A stretch of DNA of 16,433 bases from Arcobacteraceae bacterium (GTDB taxonomy: Bacteria > Campylobacterota > Campylobacteria > Campylobacterales > Arcobacteraceae). This document shows positions 8,230 through 16,287 of the stretch, in pieces. How positions within the stretch are numbered: position 1 is the first letter of the stretch; each line of letters starts with the position of its first letter. Under the pieces are notes generated by a model. It was given only the letters and a program-made list of their open reading frames with translations. It was not told the DNA's origin and searched no databases. The stretch covers positions 1-16,433 of the forward strand of contig JBLWVX010000046.1 of assembly GCA_048268245.1 (NCBI GenBank). The letters are read 5' to 3'. Position numbers and translations under genes: made by a program.

Positions 8230-8235
8230 TATAAT
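8230..8235 (+). promoter_or_regulatory. sigma70 -10 (TATAAT) of nnrS
   Basis: Perfect hexamer 21 nt upstream of the SD-supported ATG 8257. Confidence 0.65.
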
Positions 8236-8256
8236 ATTCCTGAAAAAAGGATTATT

Positions 8257-9417
8257 ATGCAGTTCTCACAAACACCTAATAGTTTTATAAAAGAAGAGTC
8301 TTGGTGGCAAAGATATACTTCTCAGTCTCATCAACTATTCTTTTCTATGGCTATTGTTTTCTCAATATTTATTATGTTTCTTAGTTTTCTTATTTTAAAA
8401 GGACAACTCTCACTAGAATTTTCACTTATTCATGGTTTTGGTTTAAATTATGCAGTTTTTACAAATGCTTTTTTAGGTTTCTTAATCACAGTTATTCCTA
8501 AATATAATGCTCATCCTGAAATAAAAAAGAGTGAATATTTAATGCCTTGGATATTGTTTGAAATATCTATTTTATTAACTTTATCTTTAAATGCATTTAT
8601 AGGCAAAATATTAGTTGCAGTTAGTATGTTTTACTTTTCGTATATTTTTTATAAAATAATAAGAAACTCAAAGGCTCATGATAAAAAAGATTCTATATTA
8701 ATTAATATGATTTTTTTATTTGGAGCTTTACTTTTAATTTTTGAGGCTTTGTTTAATGTAAACTTATCGTATATAGTATTTTATAGTTATCTATTAGCAA
8801 TGGTATTTATTGTTGCTTTAAGAATGGTACCAATGTTTTATTTTAATGTAACAGGTATCAAGCCTTGGATTAAACCTAAATATACAAGAGAGTCTGTTGT
8901 GGCTTTACTTTTTATCTTAGGCGTAAGTGTACAATTTGATTTAGTTGTAGTCTCTATTTTAAGTAGTTTTATTGGATTTATATTTTTCACTTATATTGTT
9001 TTAAAGTTAAATATCTATAAAAAAACGCCAGCTATTATGAGGATATTATCTTTTGCTTTTATATATATACCTTTAGGTTTCTTTGTATTATTTACAGAGA
9101 GTCTTTTTGAATTAGAAACTTTAAAACTCTCTTTTCATATTTTTGCTTTAGGTTTTATAACTACAATGCTTATTGGCTTTGGAAGTAGAGTTACATTAGG
9201 TCATGCTATTCCTGCACAGCCTATACATGCAGATAAGATAACTGTTGCTCTTTTTGTTTTTACTCAAATAGTTGTACTTTTAAGAATCCTATCTTCACTT
9301 AGTTTTATAGCTTCTTCAAATTTTTCTATGAATCTACTTTATATAAGTTCTTTTGCTTGGGTAGTGCTGTTTGTATTATGGACTTTAAAATATGGGAAAA
9401 TACTTTTAAGGTTGTAA
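8257..9417 (+). CDS. nnrS: NnrS-family integral membrane protein (nitrosative stress)
   Basis: Highly hydrophobic multi-TM protein. HGFGLNYAVFTNAFLGFLITVIPKY and FHIFALGFITTMLIGFGSRVTLGH resemble the NnrS motifs (H..GFLLTAVP; H...G.......RV.LGH). SD AAGGA 8247-8251 supports ATG 8257 (386 aa). The track start 8209 lies inside the promoter. Confidence 0.82.
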   Translation: MQFSQTPNSFIKEESWWQRYTSQSHQLFFSMAIVFSIFIMFLSFLILKGQLSLEFSLIHGFGLNYAVFTNAFLGFLITVIPKYNAHPEIKKSEYLMPWILFEISILLTLSLNAFIGKILVAVSMFYFSYIFYKIIRNSKAHDKKDSILINMIFLFGALLLIFEALFNVNLSYIVFYSYLLAMVFIVALRMVPMFYFNVTGIKPWIKPKYTRESVVALLFILGVSVQFDLVVVSILSSFIGFIFFTYIVLKLNIYKKTPAIMRILSFAFIYIPLGFFVLFTESLFELETLKLSFHIFALGFITTMLIGFGSRVTLGHAIPAQPIHADKITVALFVFTQIVVLLRILSSLSFIASSNFSMNLLYISSFAWVVLFVLWTLKYGKILLRL

Positions 9418-9427
9418 AAGTTTTAAC

Positions 9428-9453
9428 TAAAATAAACCTTTTGGTTTATTTTA
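9428..9453. terminator. Hairpin TAAAATAAACC-TTTT-GGTTTATTTTA between convergent genes (likely bidirectional terminator)
   Basis: Perfect 11-bp inverted repeat 10 nt after the nnrS stop. Confidence 0.6.
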
Positions 9454-9458
9454 TAAGT

Positions 9459-9499
9459 AGGGTTAAGGGCTTAGGTTTTACCTTAATCCTTAGTTTTTT
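9459..9499 (+). terminator. Second hairpin AGGGTTAAGG-N12-CCTTAATCCT followed by TAGTTTTTT
   Basis: 10-bp stem with one G-U pair and a nearby T-tract on the + strand. Confidence 0.5.
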
Positions 9500-9768
9500 A
9501 GTTTTAGTCTTAAATATACTTTGTATTTTAATTTATCAAGTTTAATTGATAATTCTTCAATATCTTTTGCATCAAGATTTATTAACATTTTTTTATAGTC
9601 TCTAATTTTTTCATCAGTAATATCTACAATAAGTAAATCCTTACTTGAAAAAGAGTTGCTATTAACAACATCAATCATTTCTTGAATACTCTCTTTAGTA
9701 ACCTTCTTATAAAGTCTTCCATTTCTATGGTAAACCTTATCAAAATAACCTTGTTCTTCAAAACTCAT
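9490..9768 (-). CDS. Hypothetical protein (92 aa)
   Basis: ORF with SD AAAGG upstream and its own TATAAT (9803-9808, minus strand); no family recognised. Confidence 0.7.
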   Translation of the reverse strand: MSFEEQGYFDKVYHRNGRLYKKVTKESIQEMIDVVNSNSFSSKDLLIVDITDEKIRDYKKMLINLDAKDIEELSIKLDKLKYKVYLRLKLKN

Positions 9769-9843
9769 GAATTTTACCTTTCTACTTTTGATTTGAATAT
9801 AGATTATAGTAAAAAGTATATAATGGTTTTATTATTCGGAAGA

Positions 9844-10245
9844 TTACTTTAAATTATAAATTCTACCAAGCTTCTGACATGAAGTGATAAACGCAATAAA
9901 AGAGCATAATTCTGATATTTCTTTATCTGTAAAATATTGTTTTAATATTTTAAAATGTTCATCACTTATACTTTTATGGTCAATCGCAAAATATTGTGCA
10001 AAAGCAATAGCTATATTAGTTTTCTCATCTAAATTTTTAACTATATTTCCAGCTTTTACTTTGCAATATTCACACTCATTTTCAAAAGCTAAAGCTCTTC
10101 TAATTTGTTCTAACATGTTTTTATCAATAGAAGATGAATTAAAAAGTGCATTTTCTAAATTATTCCAATTTTCTAATATATCTTTATTATGACCTATTAA
10201 CTTTTCAAAGGGTGTACTTCCATTATTTGATAATTCAATTCTCAT
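9844..10245 (-). CDS. Carboxymuconolactone decarboxylase / AhpD-like protein
   Basis: EQIRRALAFENECEYC (CxxC of the AhpD/CMD core) and LKQYFTDKEISEL; SD AAAGG. Confidence 0.8.
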   Translation of the reverse strand: MRIELSNNGSTPFEKLIGHNKDILENWNNLENALFNSSSIDKNMLEQIRRALAFENECEYCKVKAGNIVKNLDEKTNIAIAFAQYFAIDHKSISDEHFKILKQYFTDKEISELCSFIAFITSCQKLGRIYNLK

Positions 10246-10270
10246 TTTAAACCTTTAAATAAAATAATGT

Positions 10271-10279
10271 ATTTTATCA
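10271..10279 (-). promoter_or_regulatory. Extended -10 TGATAAAAT for the CMD/AhpD gene
   Basis: TG-N-TAAAAT on the minus strand, 25 nt upstream of the ATG at 10245. Confidence 0.5.
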
Positions 10280-10300
10280 TAAAAATCATGTTTACAAGAT

Positions 10301-10795
10301 TTAATCAACCCACCACATTCTTGCATAAAGTCCAAGTGTTGATGTGTATCCAACTTCGCTAAATTTTAGTGTTCTATTTTCATCATAGATTAGTGTTGTA
10401 GGAAAGGCTTTAATATTGAAAGTTCTTGAGTAAAAACCATCTTCATCGTTTACTACTTTGAAATTTAGATTATGTTTTTTTAGATAGTTTTGTATCTCTT
10501 CTGTTGAGCCTGATTGAGTTGCTATTGTGATTACTTCATAATCTTTTGAGATTTTTTCTATATTACTTGCTTCTAGTTCACAAATAGGACACCAAGTAGC
10601 CCAGAAGTGTACTAGTACGGGTTTATCTTTTGGTATATTGTATTCAGTGTTATCAAGTAGTTTGTAGCTTGTGTATATTAAATCATCTTTGTTTAAATTT
10701 TGAGATTTGAAGTAGCTTATTACATTTAGAACTATTGCTAAAACTATTATAAACTTTATTGATTCTTTTAGATATTTTTTTATTTTGGGATTCAT
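10301..10795 (-). CDS. Membrane-anchored TlpA/ScsD-like thiol-disulfide oxidoreductase (redoxin)
   Basis: N-terminal TM helix, KPVLVHFWATWCPIC active site, cis-Pro motif AFPTT, EVGYTSTLGL. Confidence 0.88.
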   Translation of the reverse strand: MNPKIKKYLKESIKFIIVLAIVLNVISYFKSQNLNKDDLIYTSYKLLDNTEYNIPKDKPVLVHFWATWCPICELEASNIEKISKDYEVITIATQSGSTEEIQNYLKKHNLNFKVVNDEDGFYSRTFNIKAFPTTLIYDENRTLKFSEVGYTSTLGLYARMWWVD

Positions 10796-10816
10796 TTATT
10801 ACCTTAGTGCTTACTT

Positions 10817-10846
10817 TCATATCAAAGTTGGAAAACTTTGATATGA
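10817..10846. repeat. Perfect 13-bp inverted repeat TCATATCAAAGTT-GGAA-AACTTTGATATGA
   Basis: Read directly in the spacer between the RND C-half and the redoxin gene. Confidence 0.75.
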
Positions 10847-10874
10847 TTTTAGCTTTTCTTTGTAAAAGGATTGT

Positions 10875-12536
10875 TTATTTGATGATTTTGTGTAAGTGGT
10901 TTTTGATAATAACAGGTACAAAAAACATTGAAACTATATAAGAAATAAGTGTACCACCAATAAGAGCAACTCCAAGACCACCAAATACAGCATCGGTTGC
11001 AAGTAAAGATGAAGCAAATACCATAGTTAAAACTGTAAGTATGATAGGTTTTGACCTTGTTGCAGTTGCTTTTGCTATGGCTTTGTTTATTTCCATATTC
11101 TCTTCTACTACTAACTGTTTTGAGAAATCTATGATAAGTGTAGAGTTTCTAGAGTTTATACCAATAAGCCCGATAAATCCTATAAGTGATGTAGCTGTTA
11201 AATAGAAAGTATCAGCCGTAAAAGCATCCATTATTATATGTGCAAAGATAACACCTACTATTGATACAAAACTAGCAAGTACTATTCCACCTGATAGGGC
11301 AAAACTTTTATAGTACATAACCATCAAAAAGAAGATTAAAACAAGGGCTATTATAAACGCACCTCCTAAGTCTTTGAATGTATCAAGAGTCACTTTTAGC
11401 TCTCCATCAAATACTAAGTCAAATCTTTCATTTGTTTTTTTATCTACGAAAGCAAGATTTAGCATATCTGTTTTAAGTACATCATAGTCATTGCTTAATT
11501 CTTCAAGCATTTGAGTTCTTGCATCTAAAAGAGGATAGATTTGACTATCTTTATTTGTCTCTGCTATTACATTTATCATTTGATTTAGATTTTTTGATGT
11601 AAGTTCAGGTTCTTTTATCACTTCTTTTATAGTTACAAACTCTGATAAGCTTATCATAAAACCATTTTGATTCATAACTTTTAGGTTTTGAAGTTTACTA
11701 TTTAGAGACTTTTTACTTTTACTATCAAGTAGTCTTGAATTATCAAGTCTTAAAAATATCGGGATTTGATTTTCTGCTTTGTTTTCATTTACTACAGAGA
11801 TTGGCATACCTTCATAAGCTATATAAAGTACATTTTTTATTTGCTCTAGATTTACACCACTTTTTATGATTTTGTTATTATCAAGTTCTAGTTCATATTT
11901 TATAAAATCACGACTAGCCATAATATCAATATCTACTAAAGTTGCTTGTTCTTTTAGAATCTTTGCAATTTTTATAGAAAAATCTCTTCTGTTTTCAAAG
12001 CTCTCTCCCCCATAAATCTCAGCAACAATTGAGGCAAGTACCGGAGGACCAGCTGGTAGTTCTATAAACTTGATGTTTGCTTCATATAGTGAACATTTGC
12101 TTTTTACTTGCTCTCTTAGATTTGATACAAGGTTGTAGCTTGTGATGTTTCTATTATCTGCTTTTTTGATGTTTACCATCATCTCAGCTTGCCATTGTTT
12201 ATCTTTTAGTGCACTTTGTTTTACAAGTGCTGCAAAGTCTAAGGGCTGTCCTTCACTTACAAATACTGAGATATTTGTAATATTTTCATTTTTCTGAAGT
12301 TCTTGTGAGATACATCTTGTAACTTCTTTTGTGTGATTTATACTATATCCATCTTTTAGGTTTACATATACAGAAAAGCTATCTGAGTCTTTGCTTGGTA
12401 GCATTTTTGCTTTTGTAATTTGCGTTGGAAAAGTAGCTACACTTAATATAAAAAGAATAAGTGTAATTAAATATACTAAGATTGATTTAGACTTTGATTC
12501 AAGTATACTGTGTATAAAGTTTTCTAATTTTATCAT
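10875..12536 (-). CDS. RND efflux permease, C-terminal half (TM7-TM12 plus second periplasmic lobe)
   Basis: One N-terminal TM, large periplasmic region (LPAGPPV), then hydrophobic helices with GLIGINSRNSTLIIDF (TM10) and ATRSKPIILT (TM11); 553 aa. Confidence 0.9.
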   Translation of the reverse strand: MIKLENFIHSILESKSKSILVYLITLILFILSVATFPTQITKAKMLPSKDSDSFSVYVNLKDGYSINHTKEVTRCISQELQKNENITNISVFVSEGQPLDFAALVKQSALKDKQWQAEMMVNIKKADNRNITSYNLVSNLREQVKSKCSLYEANIKFIELPAGPPVLASIVAEIYGGESFENRRDFSIKIAKILKEQATLVDIDIMASRDFIKYELELDNNKIIKSGVNLEQIKNVLYIAYEGMPISVVNENKAENQIPIFLRLDNSRLLDSKSKKSLNSKLQNLKVMNQNGFMISLSEFVTIKEVIKEPELTSKNLNQMINVIAETNKDSQIYPLLDARTQMLEELSNDYDVLKTDMLNLAFVDKKTNERFDLVFDGELKVTLDTFKDLGGAFIIALVLIFFLMVMYYKSFALSGGIVLASFVSIVGVIFAHIIMDAFTADTFYLTATSLIGFIGLIGINSRNSTLIIDFSKQLVVEENMEINKAIAKATATRSKPIILTVLTMVFASSLLATDAVFGGLGVALIGGTLISYIVSMFFVPVIIKNHLHKIIK

Positions 12537-12544
12537 CTAAATTC

Positions 12545-14119
12545 CTATAAAAATTTTTTTATTAAATATGGAGTAAAGGCATAAGCCACTACTAAAGAAA
12601 CTATTAATGCAATAGGTACAAATACTGGAAGAGGGTGCATAAACTGTCCCATCATACCACCTACGAAGAACATAGGTAAAAATGTAAGGATTATTGCAAT
12701 TGTTGCAATATTTGTGGCATTTCCTATTTCATTTGTAGCATTGATTGAAACTACTGTTATATCTCCATTAGAGTTATGTTTTCTATGTCTATGTATGTTC
12801 TCAATTACAATAATAGCTGCATCAACTAGCATCCCTAAACTTACAATAAGAGCAAAAAGAGTAATTCTATTTATTGTTTCATCAAGTAAAAGTCCCACAA
12901 AAAGTGTAAGGGATAAAATCATAGGTACAGTTAAAGATACAATCATAGCTTCTTTAAATCCAAGTGTAAAAATAAGAAGTATTGCAATAATAACAATAGA
13001 AATAAGTAGATTTTGAACAAGGGAATTTACAGCATTGTTTGCAGTATATCCATCATCTCTTGTAATAGTATATGCTATATGTTTTTGCTCTAAACTATCT
13101 TTGATACTATCCATATATTCAAAAACTTTTTCATTTATGATTACAGAGTTTGCCCCTTTTAGTTTTGAAATCATCATCGTTGTTTGTTGAAGTTCTTCAA
13201 ACTCTCCATTTTGATTTTTTTGATAAAGTAGGGCTTCTTTTTTGTTTTGAATATCATAAGTTCTTTCAACTTTTGCAACATCTTTTAGATAAATGGCAAC
13301 ACCATTTACATATGAAACTATGATATTTTCAATATCCTCTTTTGACTCAATAGCTTGTTTTATTGAGAAAAGTACAAGGTTCCCAGTTGTTGTATTTCCT
13401 TCAATGTTTGGTGTTTTATAAGATAAACCTTGAACTTGCTTCATGATTTGACCAAGTGAAAGATTATAAGAGCCAAGTTTTTTAGAATCAACTAAGATAT
13501 TATACTGCTCTTTTTTTTCACCTTTTAAATCAATCAGTGCTACATTTTCTATTTTGTTTATCTCTTTTGTAATTTTGTTAACTTCTTTGTAAAGTTGTGT
13601 TTGCGATATGGCGTCTTTCCCATCTATCTTTTTTGCATAAAAAGCAATAGTAGCTATTGGAATATCTGTATCAATATCCATAGTTTTGATAATAGGTTGC
13701 ATCGCACCTTTTGGCATCATATCCATATTTCTCATAACTTGGTCGTATAGTTTTAGATTTGATTCTTCTTTATCTTCACCAATATAGTATTGAACTTGTA
13801 CAATTCCAACAGAGTCCTTTGCAAAAGAGTAAATATGCTCAACACCTTTTATCTCACGTATTTTTTTCTCTAAAGGCTCAATAATTACTTTTTGTATTTC
13901 ACTTGGTTTTGCTCCAGGCATTGCAACTATAACTGCACCTCCACTTACTTTAATTTGTGGATTTTCTTCCCTTGGCATCACTATCAATGAGATATAACCC
14001 AAAGCTAAAATAAAAAATATAGCAACAGCTGTTAAAGGATGATTGATAAATCCTAAAGAGAGTCTTCCTGCTATGTTTAGATTACTATTTATATGTTTTG
14101 AAAAGTTTTCTTCATTCAT
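12545..14119 (-). CDS. RND efflux permease, N-terminal half (TM1-TM6 plus first periplasmic lobe)
   Basis: MPREENPQI, MPGAKPSEI..IIEPLE, TM4 LGMLVDAAIIVIENI, FLPMFFVGGMMGQF; ends right after TM6 (AYAFTPYL); 524 aa. Confidence 0.92.
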   Translation of the reverse strand: MNEENFSKHINSNLNIAGRLSLGFINHPLTAVAIFFILALGYISLIVMPREENPQIKVSGGAVIVAMPGAKPSEIQKVIIEPLEKKIREIKGVEHIYSFAKDSVGIVQVQYYIGEDKEESNLKLYDQVMRNMDMMPKGAMQPIIKTMDIDTDIPIATIAFYAKKIDGKDAISQTQLYKEVNKITKEINKIENVALIDLKGEKKEQYNILVDSKKLGSYNLSLGQIMKQVQGLSYKTPNIEGNTTTGNLVLFSIKQAIESKEDIENIIVSYVNGVAIYLKDVAKVERTYDIQNKKEALLYQKNQNGEFEELQQTTMMISKLKGANSVIINEKVFEYMDSIKDSLEQKHIAYTITRDDGYTANNAVNSLVQNLLISIVIIAILLIFTLGFKEAMIVSLTVPMILSLTLFVGLLLDETINRITLFALIVSLGMLVDAAIIVIENIHRHRKHNSNGDITVVSINATNEIGNATNIATIAIILTFLPMFFVGGMMGQFMHPLPVFVPIALIVSLVVAYAFTPYLIKKFL

Positions 14120-14127
14120 ACTTTTTC

Positions 14128-14886
14128 CTAATTTGATGACTTAATTAAAAGCTTAGTATACATACCTGGATATATTGTTTTATCTTTTGTATCAAAGGCA
14201 ATTTTCAAAGTAAAAGAGTGAGTCATTGCATTTACACTTGGAATAATGGCAGAGATTTTTCCTATGCCTTCAAAGTTTATAGATGGAATTGAGATGTTTA
14301 CATCTTGTCCAAGTTTTATACTATTTAAGTTACTTTCACTAACTTCTGCTTTGATTTTTAGACTACTTAAATCTGATAAAATTAGTGCAGGAATACTTGG
14401 TGTTGCCATTTCTCCTGCTTTTATTGATTTTTTTATAATAAGCCCATCATTTGGAGCTTTTATTTTTAGATAGTCATATTGAGCATTTACTTCTTTTAAT
14501 TGTGCCTTTGCAATAGAAATCATATTTTGAACATTTAAAAGATTTAATTCTAACTTTTCCACATCATATTTAGCAACTAAATCTTTTGCATATAATCTTT
14601 TGTATCTTTCATAGTTTGTTTTGATATTGTTGTAAGTATTTTGTTGAATCTCTAAATTAAGTAAAGCTTCTTGCTTTTTTGAATCAATACTTGATGAGTC
14701 AATCTCATAAAGTAAATCACCTTTTTTTACAGATGAACCCTCAACTATATAAACCTCTTTTATAAAGCCTATATTTCTGCTTGTGATTACTTTTTCATTA
14801 TCAGATATAACTGTTCCAGTTAATTCTATATCATTTGCTTGTGCATATAAAAATATTGAGATTATTAGTAATAGTTTTTTTATCAT
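14128..14886 (-). CDS. RND periplasmic adaptor (membrane fusion protein), short form
   Basis: Lipoyl motifs GFIKEVYIVEGSSVKKGDLLYEID and IKAPNDGLI, helical hairpin, beta-barrel ending IYPGMY. SD AAGGA supports ATG 14886 (MIKKLLL, 252 aa) rather than 14925. Confidence 0.9.
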   Translation of the reverse strand: MIKKLLLIISIFLYAQANDIELTGTVISDNEKVITSRNIGFIKEVYIVEGSSVKKGDLLYEIDSSSIDSKKQEALLNLEIQQNTYNNIKTNYERYKRLYAKDLVAKYDVEKLELNLLNVQNMISIAKAQLKEVNAQYDYLKIKAPNDGLIIKKSIKAGEMATPSIPALILSDLSSLKIKAEVSESNLNSIKLGQDVNISIPSINFEGIGKISAIIPSVNAMTHSFTLKIAFDTKDKTIYPGMYTKLLIKSSN

Positions 14887-14887
14887 T

Positions 14888-16258
14888 TTAGTTTCCTTTA
14901 TTATATTTTGTATTTGAAAAATCAATACCTAAAACAGTAGCAACTTTTGCTAAGGCTAAACTTCTTTTGTATTTTGCTACTATTAAATCAGCCTCATTTT
15001 TTCGTAAGTTTGCTTCTTGTTCTAATAAATTTGTCATAGCTATTAATTGGTTTTTATACATAAGAGTAGATTGATCAAAAACTTCTTGGGCTAATTTTTT
15101 AGCTTCTTGTTTTTCTTTTAGAATTTTCTCTTTAGAGCTTAAATCAAGTAAGGCTTTTTCTAGTTGTAGTTTTACTGCATCTTTTAGTTTTTCATAATTA
15201 AGCGCAGCTTTTTGATAAGCAATTTTACTTTTTTGTTTCTCAATACTTCTAGTACCATCAAATAAATCATAATTTAAGCCTACCATTGCTGTATAGAAGT
15301 CTTTATCTTCATCAAGTGTTAACTTATCATCATTAAAACCATATTCTAGATGAGAGTATACAGTAGGGTAGTATGAACTTTTTGCAATATTGATATTTTT
15401 TTTCATAGCTTGTTTTTGAATATCTTGCATTTTTAATTCATCTCTATTTACTAAAGCTTTTTTATAAAGCTCGTTTATAGTTGAAATATCACAGTAGATG
15501 TATTTTAAATCTTTTACATCTGATATGGAGTCATTTGAAGTTAAAAATCTAAGATATGCTAGTGATAAATCAAAATTGTTTTTAGCATCTATAAGTTTAC
15601 TATTTGTATTAAGCTCATAAACTTTTGCTTGTTTTACATCTATTTTTGTTACAAGTCCCTCTACCTGAAATGCATTTGCCGATTTAACCACATAAGAAAT
15701 TGCTTCTTTTGCTTTTTTGGCAGCTTGTATAAATTCTTTTGCAACTACTGCGTTGTTGTAAGCTTTTAAAACTTCAAAAGATAACTCTTTTTTATCAAGA
15801 TTATATTTTATTTCATTTGCTTTTTGCTGTAGTTTTAAAATCTCTTTTTGGTTTTGAAGTTTAAAACCTGTAAATAGTGGTAAATCATAAGTAAGTTTGT
15901 TTGTAATATTGGTTCTTGCTTTTGGGTAGTTTAGATTGTTTGGTTCAATGCTTGAATTCATATTATTATTTATGAAATCATCTGCTCCAAAGTCATTAAA
16001 ACTAGCTTCTCTAGAAGATAGTTTTGAATTAAAAACATATCCCGAATGATTTGTTCTACTTGTTTCATTTTTTAAAGATAGTTTACCTAGATTTATAGCA
16101 TCTATCTTTTGACTATCTAGTTTAGATAGTTCTATATCTAGTTTTGTGTTTTGTAAGTCTTTGTTATTATTTAGTGTTAAATCTAACACTTCTTGAAAAT
16201 CGACACTTTTTGCAAAGCTTAAAGATCCAATTAATAAACATAAATAAAGTTTATTCAT
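14888..16258 (-). CDS. TolC-family outer membrane efflux channel
   Basis: Signal peptide MNKLYLCLLIGSLSFA; two OEP repeats (YDLPLFTGFK / YDLFDG, AKSSYYPTV, GLVTKIDV); SD GGAG. Confidence 0.92.
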   Translation of the reverse strand: MNKLYLCLLIGSLSFAKSVDFQEVLDLTLNNNKDLQNTKLDIELSKLDSQKIDAINLGKLSLKNETSRTNHSGYVFNSKLSSREASFNDFGADDFINNNMNSSIEPNNLNYPKARTNITNKLTYDLPLFTGFKLQNQKEILKLQQKANEIKYNLDKKELSFEVLKAYNNAVVAKEFIQAAKKAKEAISYVVKSANAFQVEGLVTKIDVKQAKVYELNTNSKLIDAKNNFDLSLAYLRFLTSNDSISDVKDLKYIYCDISTINELYKKALVNRDELKMQDIQKQAMKKNINIAKSSYYPTVYSHLEYGFNDDKLTLDEDKDFYTAMVGLNYDLFDGTRSIEKQKSKIAYQKAALNYEKLKDAVKLQLEKALLDLSSKEKILKEKQEAKKLAQEVFDQSTLMYKNQLIAMTNLLEQEANLRKNEADLIVAKYKRSLALAKVATVLGIDFSNTKYNKGN

Positions 16259-16287
16259 TTAGTTCTCCATATATTATTTTATAGTCT

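Noticed and set aside
9357..9545. 62-aa plus-strand ORF
   Set aside because: Overlaps the nnrS end, both terminator hairpins and the opposite gene; no clear SD.
9884..10192. 102-aa plus-strand ORF
   Set aside because: Antisense shadow of the CMD/AhpD gene.
10759..10941. 60-aa plus-strand ORF
   Set aside because: Overlaps two minus-strand genes and the hairpin; chance AT-rich ORF.
12530..12560. Programmed frameshift or phase variation at the homopolymer runs near the RND split
   Set aside because: The junction has its own SD and ATG with the same geometry as the upstream gene boundary, so independent initiation explains it better. Not formally excluded without reads.
12714..13016. 100-aa plus-strand ORF
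   Set aside because: Antisense to the RND transmembrane region.
14246..14473. 75-aa plus-strand ORF
   Set aside because: Antisense to the adaptor gene.
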